Made by a program: the position numbers and the translations under genes. Under the pieces are notes generated by a model, which searched no databases, was not told the DNA's origin, and worked only from the letters and a program-made list of their open reading frames with translations. A stretch of DNA of 36,215 bases from a virus (lineage: Duplodnaviria > Caudoviricetes): IMG/VR virus record IMGVR_UViG_3300012943_000690, positions 1-36,215 of that record. One strand, 5' to 3'. Positions 1-8,436 of this stretch are shown here, in pieces; the stretch's first letter is position 1; each line of letters starts with the position of its first letter.

Positions 1-123
1 CGTAATCCTATGCCCGGTGTTCCACCCGCAAACGCATTTGCCGATGATCCCGCCGCGCTCAATATACAGGGTGTCACTTACAAGCGCGTGTTTCACCGCT
101 TCACTCTCTGCATTGTGTGTCAT
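1..123 (-). CDS. Partial hypothetical early protein (runs off the left edge)
   Basis: ATG at 123 overlaps the TGA of 120..431 (ATGA); the frame MTHNAESEAVKHALVSD... stays open to the window edge. Confidence 0.55.
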   Translation of the reverse strand, partial: MTHNAESEAVKHALVSDTLYIERGGIIGKCVCGWNTGHRIT

Positions 124-431
124 GCTGGGGTTCCTTGGACTTTGGCGAAAAGCGATTTGGCAACGGCAATAAGGCCATTGATCACCGCTGCATCATCTTC
201 CGGATCAGCACCGGCAGGCGTGAAACGTGAGATGCGCTCAACGAACTGAAATAATTCCGGTGCTGCTGCTATAAGGCGGGCATTGGCAATATTTGCGTCT
301 TGGTGACGTGGGTGCTCGCCGCCAAAAATGGCGCAATCGGCAATAAGCATCCCGTCTTCGCCAATGACGCACTCATGCTCGCACTCAGGATCGGTGCGCC
401 ATTCGCCCGGCGTGTGTTTCTGTTCCCCCAT
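120..431 (-). CDS. Phage hypothetical protein (HTPGxW...NARLIAAAPEL type)
   Basis: Motifs KHTPGEW and ANARLIAAAPEL are common in small phage early proteins; coupled to its neighbours. Confidence 0.75.
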   Translation of the reverse strand: MGEQKHTPGEWRTDPECEHECVIGEDGMLIADCAIFGGEHPRHQDANIANARLIAAAPELFQFVERISRFTPAGADPEDDAAVINGLIAVAKSLFAKVQGTPA

Positions 432-665
432 CTACTTCACCCTTGGAGATATTGTGACGGGGATGACGTAGTGGCCGGATTTTTTGAGAACCGACCAGCG
501 AATACCAGATCGCCGTGTGATTGCTTCCTTACAATCGGCGGGTGTCTCCTCAAATATTCCCGGTACCCATTCAGGGTCGCCACAAAACTCAAATGCGACG
601 CTGAACCCCTGCTGAGGTTTGAGAGCCGCCGCCTTCACAGCTTTCACTCTCTTACGTGTGGTCAT
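432..665 (-). CDS. Hypothetical protein
   Basis: Start MTTRK at 665 with GGAG RBS; ATGA overlap with the upstream gene. Confidence 0.6.
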   Translation of the reverse strand: MTTRKRVKAVKAAALKPQQGFSVAFEFCGDPEWVPGIFEETPADCKEAITRRSGIRWSVLKKSGHYVIPVTISPRVK

Positions 666-859
666 GGATAGCTCCGGTACCAAAGAAATGAGGCGACGAT
701 TAGGTACAGCACGGCGAACAAATCCGCAGCTATGACGGCCATAAGCAGCCAGAATGTAACCGCCGGAAAATAAATGCCCATAGCAACGAGGCCGCTAACA
801 CAAAGCGCAATTGCGAACGTGATTGCCAAAGCCAGCAGTCGTTGTTTACGTGTGGTCAT
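662..859 (-). CDS. Small two-TM membrane protein
   Basis: GGAGG RBS, ATGA overlaps at both ends, two hydrophobic helices. Confidence 0.7.
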   Translation of the reverse strand: MTTRKQRLLALAITFAIALCVSGLVAMGIYFPAVTFWLLMAVIAADLFAVLYLIVASFLWYRSYP

Positions 860-1209
860 GCTGACCTCCATTGCTTTCCCCAGGGATCGCGGTGCTTGGG
901 AAAGGACGATTTCTTGCGTAGGTTCAGCCGCTTTTCTTCGATGCGCCGAGCCTTGGCATTTGATGGAATGTCGTACTTTGCCGTCTTGTACCGATGGCAG
1001 GGGATACAGACGGCTGCACAGTTCTCCAGCGATCCATCGTGGCTATTCGCTTCCATGATGATGTGGTCGAACTCGACACCATGGGCCAAGGACATGTTGC
1101 ACCGCTTGTTCGGCTCCAGGCCGTACATATCGCCCGTACCTTCGCAGAGGTTGCCAGACCGGCGCAGCGCGGCGCGTTTAACGTCCTTGGTGAAATCGGC
1201 TTGCCTCAT
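856..1209 (-). CDS. HNH endonuclease
   Basis: LCEG...C...EFDHII...ENCAAVCIPCHRYKT zinc-binding HNH signature. Confidence 0.85.
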   Translation of the reverse strand: MRQADFTKDVKRAALRRSGNLCEGTGDMYGLEPNKRCNMSLAHGVEFDHIIMEANSHDGSLENCAAVCIPCHRYKTAKYDIPSNAKARRIEEKRLNLRKKSSFPKHRDPWGKQWRSA

Positions 1210-1658
1210 GTGCTACCCGTTGGGGCTGGCAAGAGGTTCAGTGTATTTAGGCGCTCTAGAACAGGCGTCCCATCGTCTGTCAGCATGTAAGGCATGAACA
1301 CAGCCTCGAATGACAGGACGCCCGTTTCAACCGCTGTAATCTGGCCCTTAACCCAATCGCGAAGGATTGAATTTATCGCCACGCACCCCTGCCTTACGGC
1401 GGCCTGTTCGTGGTCGGTCCGCGATTTCCTGGTTCCTCTGGAATTATACGGATGCTTTTTGAGCCACATCTGAGCCCATCCACGCGCGCTCGCCCGCAAC
1501 TGGACAGGGCGCCCACGATGCTGAAAGGCGAGCATTACTGAATTGCCCTCAAAATCATCCATGAAGCCAACGGACTCGCAACCGAACCGGCGCAGCATCT
1601 TCACGATTTCGTCTCGCGCTTTGCCGCCGCTGGTGGCATTTTCATATGGTACGGTCAT
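1206..1658 (-). CDS. Phage hypothetical protein
   Basis: 150-aa ORF with ATGA overlaps on both sides. Confidence 0.75.
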   Translation of the reverse strand: MTVPYENATSGGKARDEIVKMLRRFGCESVGFMDDFEGNSVMLAFQHRGRPVQLRASARGWAQMWLKKHPYNSRGTRKSRTDHEQAAVRQGCVAINSILRDWVKGQITAVETGVLSFEAVFMPYMLTDDGTPVLERLNTLNLLPAPTGST

Positions 1659-2053
1659 GCTGCCCGCGCCTCCCGCTCATGGAAGGTCACGCCATGTTCG
1701 GCGGCCCACGCGAACATGAATTCGATCAGATCAGTCATTTCTCTTTTCGACAGATCCGAAGATGATTGCCCGTATGGAATGAAGCCGTTGCCATCGAGCG
1801 CGGGCATGAATTGCGTTTCACGGCCTACGGCGTGCAGAAACAAGCATTTCCATTGGTCGGGCGAATATTTGCGGTCGCCGTGCTTGGCCTGCGTTGATAT
1901 GTCGGTCAGCATCGCCCACATTCTGGCGTTCTGTTCCAAAGACCGCTGAGGCTCTTTGAATTCCAGACGTGTTCCATCCGGCAATCTGCGAACCCAATGG
2001 CATGCCTTGTCCCGGATAGCGTCTGACCGCAGAATGAGAAGTGCGCGGCTCAA
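1655..2053 (-). CDS. ninB: NinB/Orf family recombination mediator
   Basis: [19 protein letters not shown]...WK.LF...[16 protein letters not shown]...AAEHGV is the NinB pattern. Confidence 0.85.
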   Translation of the reverse strand: MSRALLILRSDAIRDKACHWVRRLPDGTRLEFKEPQRSLEQNARMWAMLTDISTQAKHGDRKYSPDQWKCLFLHAVGRETQFMPALDGNGFIPYGQSSSDLSKREMTDLIEFMFAWAAEHGVTFHEREARAA

Positions 2054-2484
2054 AATGGAATCTCGTCGTCGAAACCATTGCCTGGCTCACGCTGCGCTGG
2101 TGGCGGGTCGCGCATCTCCACCGCCTCGCCAAGGTCCACACGGTCCAGCAGCACCAGTTCGCCACGAAACTTTTGCAACACGACTTCGGTTGAGAATTTT
2201 TCAATCCCGTCCCGGTCCGTCCATTTGCGTGTTGTAAGCTGGCCTTCAAGGTAAACTTTTGAGCCTTTGCGGAGGTATTTCTCTGCAACAGTTACAAGTC
2301 CGCTATTGAAAATCACAACGCGATGCCAAGTGACCTTTTCTTTTTGGTCGCCCGTTCCCTTGTCGCGCCACCGTTCGGACGTGGCGACAGATAGCGACAC
2401 AACGGGCTCCCCGCTTGTCATGCGCCGGACTTCCGGGTCTTTGCCGAGGTGGCCGAGTAGGATTACTTTATTGACGCTGCTCAT
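2050..2484 (-). CDS. ssb: Single-stranded DNA-binding protein
   Basis: [18 protein letters not shown]-fold start and acidic FDDEIPF tail. Confidence 0.97.
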   Translation of the reverse strand: MSSVNKVILLGHLGKDPEVRRMTSGEPVVSLSVATSERWRDKGTGDQKEKVTWHRVVIFNSGLVTVAEKYLRKGSKVYLEGQLTTRKWTDRDGIEKFSTEVVLQKFRGELVLLDRVDLGEAVEMRDPPPAQREPGNGFDDEIPF

Positions 2485-3143
2485 GCGGCCCTCGCGCTGG
2501 CGAACGCGCTCTCACGGCCTTCAATGGCTGCAAGGAGGCGCTTGTGGAGATCGGGATGGATTTCTCTCAGGTTGGCGACGTTCTGGAGGTTCTTTTCGCG
2601 CCATGCTTTGAACGTCTCGCTGGCGCCCGTGCGGTTGACGAAGCCGATAGCATCCTCGCCCCAAGCCTTCGCCTTCGCCGCGCGTTCGGCGGGGGTTAGT
2701 GCTGGCTTGGCCGGTGCGTGCTCTACAGGCGCATCGTGTTTGACACTGGCGGAATTGCCATCATCATCGTCATCCGCAACCACGCCGATCATGGCGGCTA
2801 GGCTGTAGCGCCGGGCATATGTGAGGGCCGAGCCGTAACCTTGCGGGTCATTCTTCGTGGGGCGGAGCGGGTAGCGCCCGGTGATGGTTTCGCCGGACGT
2901 GTGCAGCAGGGTCGTTTCCAGCCACACATCGTTGCCGTCAAAGTTCGGGACTTGAACGACCGCAATGCCGTTCTCGGTCAAGGCTTCCCGGCACGCATCC
3001 CAGACCGACGCTAGATCGGCGTAGCGCGAGCCGTCGCTTTCGCCTGGACGTTTAAACGCGGCGTTCTTGGCATCCTTGATTGCTGGCTTTATGGCCTTCT
3101 GCGCGGCTACCAGAGCCGTCGCGATTTCCTTCGTGCCCATCAC
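2481..3143 (-). CDS. erf: ERF-family single-strand annealing recombinase
   Basis: YADL...[31 protein letters not shown] motif; adjacent to ssb. Confidence 0.92.
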   Translation of the reverse strand: MMGTKEIATALVAAQKAIKPAIKDAKNAAFKRPGESDGSRYADLASVWDACREALTENGIAVVQVPNFDGNDVWLETTLLHTSGETITGRYPLRPTKNDPQGYGSALTYARRYSLAAMIGVVADDDDDGNSASVKHDAPVEHAPAKPALTPAERAAKAKAWGEDAIGFVNRTGASETFKAWREKNLQNVANLREIHPDLHKRLLAAIEGRESAFASARAA

Positions 3144-3904
3144 CGCACCATCCCTTTCGCTGCTTCGTAAACCCGAACACCAGCAAGGCTACGGCCACCG
3201 GCTTTCACAAAGGCGCGGATTGCTTTCTCCTTGTCTGCGGCGGCGACATAGGGCCAGACCGCAGAAGCATCGACCTTCGCCATATCTTCGATAGCGAACG
3301 TCCATTCTTTCTTGAGGCTGGAAAGCGAGCCGCCTGTGCTGTAGGTCCGCACAAGATCGGCAGGCTTGGCGTGGGCCTCTGCTTCGGCCTTCACGGCGGC
3401 GACCTCGGCCTGTGCGGCAGTTTCAAGTTGCTCTTGCGCTTCGTCGGCACGGCCAGCAGCCTCGGCCTCCTGCGCGGCTTTGAGGCGGACTTCTTCCTCA
3501 GCGCGGGCGAGACGGGCGGCTTCTTCGCGGGCGGCTCGTTCCGCCGCTTCCTTCTTCACCAGATAATCAGTATGGCGACCGGCGATCACCTTCTTTGCGG
3601 CGGTCAGTTCGCCAGTGCAGCCAGCAAAGAAGGCATCAACATCACGCCCACCTTGCAGGTACGGCTCCTTTTCGGATTTGCGCGCGTCCTCCACTTCCCT
3701 TTCGAGCTTCGCGATATATTTGACGGTATCGGCAAACTTGCCGAGGGTGGCGTCATCCTCGATCACGGCAGGCGCCCGACCGGCGCTTTCGATCGCGGCT
3801 TTGATCCGTGTCACCAAGTCGGCGTAAGCAGTGCCGAGCAATTCGGTGACTGGTGGTTTATTTCCACCGATCCCGTGGCGTGCAATTTCGGCGTTCATAG
3901 ACAT
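3140..3904 (-). CDS. Coiled-coil phage protein of the recombination module
   Basis: HGIGGNKPP N-terminus, Ala/Glu-rich coiled coil, AAGGA RBS, coupled to erf. Confidence 0.75.
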   Translation of the reverse strand: MSMNAEIARHGIGGNKPPVTELLGTAYADLVTRIKAAIESAGRAPAVIEDDATLGKFADTVKYIAKLEREVEDARKSEKEPYLQGGRDVDAFFAGCTGELTAAKKVIAGRHTDYLVKKEAAERAAREEAARLARAEEEVRLKAAQEAEAAGRADEAQEQLETAAQAEVAAVKAEAEAHAKPADLVRTYSTGGSLSSLKKEWTFAIEDMAKVDASAVWPYVAAADKEKAIRAFVKAGGRSLAGVRVYEAAKGMVR

Positions 3905-3909
3905 TCCTT

Positions 3910-4257
3910 TCAGAAATGGAGACCAGCGGGGAGATTTCGTTCGTCCGCATCGGTAAAAACTGGGGCAATCATTTCGAGGTATTCTTCTTCGGAGATTGGT
4001 TTGTCAGCGATCCAGGTCCATTCCTCATCCGGCACGCGGCGCTTACCGTCGACTTCGCAGCGCATGATTTCGTCGCCCATCAATTCGCCGGTTTCAGGAT
4101 CAATTTCGGCTTCGAGGAAAATCTTGACAGGCACGAACGGCCCGCCTTTGCATGACCGGCGACGAAACCAGCCGCATTCAGGCTCGTGCGTGATCCGAGG
4201 CTTTTCCCCGGCCATCGCCGCGCTGTGCCATGCATAAGGATCGGACGGCTCACGCAT
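3910..4257 (-). CDS. Hypothetical protein
   Basis: Likely start MREPSDPYAWH at 4257 (TGATG overlap with the upstream ORF). Confidence 0.7.
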   Translation of the reverse strand: MREPSDPYAWHSAAMAGEKPRITHEPECGWFRRRSCKGGPFVPVKIFLEAEIDPETGELMGDEIMRCEVDGKRRVPDEEWTWIADKPISEEEYLEMIAPVFTDADERNLPAGLHF

Positions 4258-4442
4258 CACAAAATGCTCAGCAACACGAACACAAATCCCAGAAACCCAA
4301 CCAGACAGACCGCGCTCAACACATCTGCACCCCATGGACGCAAAGGTTCTACGCTCTCCAGCATTGCATTACGCATGGATGCAGACTGTTCGCGGGCGAA
4401 TCTGTAGTGTTCAGGACGCTCGAAGGCGCGGGAGCCGATCAT
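4257..4442 (-). CDS. Small protein with C-terminal TM helix
   Basis: Start MIGSRAF at 4442 (ATGA overlap); C-terminus VLSAVCLVGFLGFVFVLLSIL. Confidence 0.6.
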   Translation of the reverse strand: MIGSRAFERPEHYRFAREQSASMRNAMLESVEPLRPWGADVLSAVCLVGFLGFVFVLLSIL

Positions 4443-4873
4443 GCTGCGTTTGCTCCCCGCAAAATCGCAATCGAGAACGGGCCATTGCTGGCGATCTTGT
4501 TGGCGTCTTCGATGGCTTCTTTGCCGTATCGGGCCACATCTTCGACGGAATAGGTGGCCCGGAGAGCAGCGTCCGTGCATTCGCCGTGGTCAGCGGTTAG
4601 GCGGATGATTTCGAGGGCCATGGCGCGGGTAATTTTGGCGTGATATTCGACTTGCCGTTCTTCCCAAGCCTGGTTGGCGAGCTTGATAAGCTCGTCGAAT
4701 GTGTCTGCTTCGATGCGGAATGCCAACGGCCTGCCATATCCATCCGGCCAAAGTGCCAAACTAAGGAGGTTGGTCGAATACGAATCTGTATTTAGCGACA
4801 CCATCGCATCTGCCTTTGGGCCAACGCGGCGGCGGAGAGCGATTACTGCATCGCGAGCTTCTATCGGTGTCAT
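4439..4873 (-). CDS. Hypothetical protein
   Basis: 144 aa, AGGAG RBS, ATGA overlaps. Confidence 0.75.
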   Translation of the reverse strand: MTPIEARDAVIALRRRVGPKADAMVSLNTDSYSTNLLSLALWPDGYGRPLAFRIEADTFDELIKLANQAWEERQVEYHAKITRAMALEIIRLTADHGECTDAALRATYSVEDVARYGKEAIEDANKIASNGPFSIAILRGANAA

Positions 4874-5163
4874 TTCATTCTCTCCTGATAAGCGTCATCA
4901 ATGAGTTTGCCCCACGCATCGACCGAAGCGTCGGACATGGCGCTATCCAGCAAGTCCAAGAACTCTTGGATGCGCTGTCGGCCATATCTGGACGCTGCTG
5001 TGCGCCCGAGGTTCTCCACGTCCTTGCGTAACTCTGCGTAGATGTGATCGAATTGCTTCTTCGCCTTGTGATCGCTGAACAGATCGGCGTCTGAGAGTTC
5101 GTCCACATCATTGACATGGCTGAGTGACGAACCATCAAAGCGAGCTATTGGCATCGTGTTCAT
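4870..5163 (-). CDS. Hypothetical protein
   Basis: Likely start MNTMPIARF at 5163 with GAGG RBS. Confidence 0.65.
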   Translation of the reverse strand: MNTMPIARFDGSSLSHVNDVDELSDADLFSDHKAKKQFDHIYAELRKDVENLGRTAASRYGRQRIQEFLDLLDSAMSDASVDAWGKLIDDAYQERMK

Positions 5164-5228
5164 GCGAACCTCACGACAATGACAGCGAGAGCGATTAGGC
5201 TGAGGAATGTGGCTGTGTGGATATTCAC
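5160..5228 (-). CDS. 22-aa hydrophobic micropeptide [22 protein letters not shown]
   Basis: GTG start overlaps the upstream TGA (GTGA) and its TGA overlaps the downstream ATG (ATGA); fills the gap exactly. Confidence 0.6.
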   Translation of the reverse strand: MNIHTATFLSLIALAVIVVRFA

Positions 5229-5581
5229 GCTTCACCGCCCTCCGCTTTGGCAATGGCGGCAAGGACTGCGACTGTGCGAGCGTCACTCTTGCCCAGCGCC
5301 ATGACCCCGCCGCGAGACGAAATCACACTCTTGAGCGCCGCCAGCAGATCAGGCGCCGCCGCGATAAGGTGGGCGTTGGCCTTTTGAGTTGCCCTACTTT
5401 CTGGGTCACGGCCATGAGGCGGAGGAAGCGCCATCGCATAAAACCCCGTGGCGTTAGGTGTGGGGTGGCCCGGCCCTTCAGGAGTAGGGGCTTCCACTCC
5501 GTACTCACCTGAAAATTGGAGGCTCGACCACGTTTGCGTGGTGCGCCACGGCCCCGGCGTGTGCTTTTCACCAGCCATCAC
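5225..5581 (-). CDS. Phage hypothetical protein (HTPGPW...[11 protein letters not shown] type), paralog of 120..431
   Basis: KHTPGPW and [16 protein letters not shown] motifs. Confidence 0.75.
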   Translation of the reverse strand: MMAGEKHTPGPWRTTQTWSSLQFSGEYGVEAPTPEGPGHPTPNATGFYAMALPPPHGRDPESRATQKANAHLIAAAPDLLAALKSVISSRGGVMALGKSDARTVAVLAAIAKAEGGEA

Positions 5582-6234
5582 GCGGCCTCCGCTTTAGAGG
5601 CCTGGACGGCACCAAGATCACGGGCGCGGCGCTCGAAGAAATCGAGAATGGCCGAGGTTTCAGCCGCCTTATCTGTGCCGGGATATTCGGCAGCGATATG
5701 CGCGCGATATTCCGGGATGGTGAACCACCGGCAACCGGCCTTGACCTTCATGCCTCCGGCCTCAAGCTCGAAGGCATGGAAAGAATGACCATCTAGGCGG
5801 CCAGCGATTGCCAGTAGTCGTTTGATTTTATCACCGCTCAGGACGGCACCGCTCAGGACGGCACGGCTCAGGACGGCACCGCTCAGGACGGCACCGCTCA
5901 GGTCGGCACGGCTCAGGTCGGCACCGCTCAGGTCGGCACCGCTCAGGTCGGCACCGCTCAGGTCGGCACCGCTCAGGACGGCACCGCTCAGGTCGGCACC
6001 GCTCAGGACGGCACCGCTCAGGTCGGCACGGCTCAGGTCGGCACGGCTCAGGTTGGCACGGCTCAGGACGGCACCGCTCAGGTCGGCACCGCTCAGGTTG
6101 GCACCGCTTTTGAGCCCCCACCTCACCGCCAGCCCCAGTTTCAGGCTGTGATACGCGCTTTCATCGCAATCGATTTCTGCTGTGAATTGGACCTCACCAG
6201 ACCAGCGGTTACGGACTTCAAATTTGATTGCCAT
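5578..6234 (-). CDS. Pentapeptide-repeat protein
   Basis: 18 consecutive A(D/N/V)LS(G/R) units; C-terminal VKAGCRWFT domain; GGAGG RBS. Confidence 0.9.
   Translation of the reverse strand: MAIKFEVRNRWSGEVQFTAEIDCDESAYHSLKLGLAVRWGLKSGANLSGADLSGAVLSRANLSRADLSRADLSGAVLSGADLSGAVLSGADLSGADLSGADLSGADLSRADLSGAVLSGAVLSRAVLSGAVLSGDKIKRLLAIAGRLDGHSFHAFELEAGGMKVKAGCRWFTIPEYRAHIAAEYPGTDKAAETSAILDFFERRARDLGAVQASKAEAA
5832..6108. repeat. 15-bp tandem repeat, about 18 copies (CACCGCTCAGGTCGG variants)
   Basis: Directly visible; encodes the pentapeptide units. Confidence 0.97.
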
Positions 6235-6437
6235 CACACAGCCTCCGCGTGATCGGCGGCCCAATTCTGGGCGCGGATTTCATAGCGGCAGAGGTGCGCC
6301 ACCAGCTCGTCACGCGACTCGCAAAAGCCAGCGAACGTCACGATGTCGAGGTCGGTATTGGCCGGGCTGTTCTGGGCCGCCACAAGGGCCGCCATCAGGT
6401 CCGGTGCGTCCTTCCAAGTGAAAACTGAATTCGCCAT
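6234..6437 (-). CDS. First gene of the leftward (PL) operon, hypothetical
   Basis: GGAGA RBS before MANSVFTW; TGATG coupling to the pentapeptide gene. Confidence 0.7.
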   Translation of the reverse strand: MANSVFTWKDAPDLMAALVAAQNSPANTDLDIVTFAGFCESRDELVAHLCRYEIRAQNWAADHAEAV

Positions 6438-6498
6438 CCCACATCTCCATTCCATTGCCCCGGTGGGGCCGCCTCGGTGAGAGGCTTGGTATGGAGGG

Positions 6499-6540
6499 AG
6501 AATACAACAATGGTTGTATCAGTCAACAACAAAGATTGTT
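6499..6540 (-). promoter_or_regulatory. PL promoter with two OL operators
   Basis: TTGACT-N16-TATTCT on the minus strand; operators ACAACAATGGTTGT (6504-6517) and ACAACAAAGATTGT (6526-6539). Confidence 0.8.
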
Positions 6541-6741
6541 ATTCGGCCATCGACGGTTGTTTTTGCGATATCCATCCGCACTGGCCCCAGAGGGCGCCAC
6601 CCCCATCCCCTGACGGGCAGGTCACCACCCCAGCCAGGGCGTTGCAAACGATTGGAGGGGGGTAACCGGCCTTTAAACCGAGGTGGGTAGGCTGGGGCAG
6701 CGACTCATCATAACGTGCGCCGCGCTGTGCTGGGGGGCATC

Positions 6742-7128
6742 ATGGGAAGATACGAGGAGCTTTGGCGGGTCATTTGGACCCTGATCTTCATTCTTTTCGG
6801 CTTTGTAGCCGTCTTTTCGACCGCTCATAGTGCCCACGTAATAGTCTACGATTCTAAGTATGCGGACCTAGCAACCGTGGTTCTGGGCGGTGCTGCCCTT
6901 ATCTTGGCTGGCGTTTCAGTGGTCGTCGCCGTGGGGGCAATCTGGGGTTACCGCGAAGTGAAGGAAACCCTCGAGCGGGCGGCGGAGAAAGCGGCACGAG
7001 AAACGGCGACTACCGTTGCTTTTAGTGTTACAACAGAGTTGGTAACTCGTGAGGTCGAGGCGCGATTAGGTAAAGAGGCGAGCGCGCAACGCTTCGGCGA
7101 CGCGTATAATGGTGAGGATGTGAAATGA
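6742..7128 (+). CDS. Two-TM membrane protein with C-terminal coiled coil (immunity-region cargo)
   Basis: Two hydrophobic helices followed by a charged helix; ATGA-coupled to the peptidase. Confidence 0.75.
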   Translation: MGRYEELWRVIWTLIFILFGFVAVFSTAHSAHVIVYDSKYADLATVVLGGAALILAGVSVVVAVGAIWGYREVKETLERAAEKAARETATTVAFSVTTELVTREVEARLGKEASAQRFGDAYNGEDVK

Positions 7129-7613
7129 GCTTTGCATCGAAAATACTTGCTGGCGGCTACCTGCCGTCTGAAATCGTGGCTCAGCATTTAATCACCGCGC
7201 CAGTTAATGTTGAACGCATCGCGGACAGGCTGGGCATACGCGTAGTATTTGAGCAGCTAACAGATTGCGCGGGCAAAATTGAACACGATTACGCGGGCTA
7301 CAAAATCACAGTCAACGCAGGTGATTTCCCTGCGCGGCAGCGATTCACTATCGCGCACGAAATTGGGCACTACATGCTTCACCGCAGCCTCATAGGCGAC
7401 GGTATTACCGATGACGTGATGTACCGGAGCAAGCTGGGCGGCTATCACGAAGCGCAAGCCAATAGCTACGCTGCGTATATTTTAATGCCCCCGAATTTGT
7501 TCAAACGGAAATATCGCGAGGGCATTACCGAGACGGTGGCACTAGCTGCGCTTTTTGGCGTCTCAAAGATGGCCGCTCAAATTCGCATCGAAGAGCTTGA
7601 CCTCGCGCGCTAG
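7125..7613 (+). CDS. ImmA/IrrE (M78) family Zn metallopeptidase
   Basis: PVNVERIA..LGI, RQRFTIAHEIGHY (HExxH), EAQANSYAAYILMP, FGVS..A..IR. Confidence 0.92.
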   Translation: MSFASKILAGGYLPSEIVAQHLITAPVNVERIADRLGIRVVFEQLTDCAGKIEHDYAGYKITVNAGDFPARQRFTIAHEIGHYMLHRSLIGDGITDDVMYRSKLGGYHEAQANSYAAYILMPPNLFKRKYREGITETVALAALFGVSKMAAQIRIEELDLAR

Positions 7614-7644
7614 CCCCACCAATCAACTGTTACGGGTGGGGCTA
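7611..7644. terminator. Putative bidirectional terminator between convergent genes
   Basis: Perfect 10-bp inverted repeat TAGCCCCACC / GGTGGGGCTA with a 14-nt loop; no clear U-tract. Confidence 0.5.
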
Positions 7645-7893
7645 CTTCCGCTTTGAGGGCAGTTTCAGCTTATACGGATCAACCGTTCCAGCTTTCCCCG
7701 TATAGGGATTCACATTGCCCTTGGTGGAATAGTTGTTGAGCTTGGTGTGATCTGGCGTGGTTCGCAGGCTCGGGGCCACATAGGTCCCGTTTTTCTTCAC
7801 ATAGGGCTTGGTGAAGGTGCTGCGGGCGTTGGCAAGGCCGGGTGAAAGTAGGGCTGTGCCAATCAATAATCCGAATATGAGCTTCGCATTCAT
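7642..7893 (-). CDS. Small secreted basic protein
   Basis: Signal peptide ending ANA; KPYVKKNGTYVAP...NNYSTKGNVNPYTGKAGT motif seen in small exported proteins. Confidence 0.8.
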   Translation of the reverse strand: MNAKLIFGLLIGTALLSPGLANARSTFTKPYVKKNGTYVAPSLRTTPDHTKLNNYSTKGNVNPYTGKAGTVDPYKLKLPSKRK

Positions 7894-8057
7894 TGCGTCA
7901 TTCCCCAAAAAAATATTTCAGCGCCACAAAGCCAACCAGAACCAAGATTAATCGAACTTTTTCATTTATTGCGGAAAGGGTACCCATTAATTGATGATGC
8001 CGCTCATACATCTCTTTGCGCCGCAGATCGCGATCATCCAATAGGACCACCAGGTCT

Positions 8058-8411
8058 TTATCTTCCATGCTTCCGCCTTGATGATTCCGACCAAGAAATA
8101 AGCGCCGCAGTCGGGACTGCTATCACCCAGAGACCAAGATACAAATTCAGGCTGGCAAGCCAATTAAAGACTTTTTGGACACCAACCCAACTAAAGTGGA
8201 GCCGCCCCGCACCGATTAAGTCTAAGGCCACCCGGAACGGCCAATCCGGCCACGCGCCATGCCGAAGCCAGAACAACCCTTCAAACCCAGCAACAACGAA
8301 GCCCGCTACAATCTCAATCGCCACCAGTAAAATCAGAGCGCTGCTGAGAATTGCGAAAAACCTGTCAGCGTCGCGATGATATTCCGCCTCCGAATATTCC
8401 TGCTTTGGCAA
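8058..8411 (-). CDS. Membrane protein downstream of cI
   Basis: TTG start with G-rich RBS; 2-3 hydrophobic, Trp-rich segments; co-oriented with cI. Confidence 0.6.
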   Translation of the reverse strand: MPKQEYSEAEYHRDADRFFAILSSALILLVAIEIVAGFVVAGFEGLFWLRHGAWPDWPFRVALDLIGAGRLHFSWVGVQKVFNWLASLNLYLGLWVIAVPTAALISWSESSRRKHGR

Positions 8412-8436
8412 TGAAGCCCCCCCAAACTAAAAGCGA

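Noticed and set aside
856-1209. HNH as a mobile intron or homing element
   Set aside because: It is ATGA-coupled within the operon and interrupts no gene; typical of nin-like regions
3080-4237. 385-aa plus-strand ORF
   Set aside because: Antisense shadow of well-coupled minus-strand genes, with no recognisable motifs
5832-6108. CRISPR-like array, or the alternative-frame (CRPER)n and (RSAPL)n ORFs
   Set aside because: The repeats are contiguous with no unique spacers; other frames are open only because a stop-free 15-mer repeats; the A(D/N)LSG frame has an RBS and flanking domains
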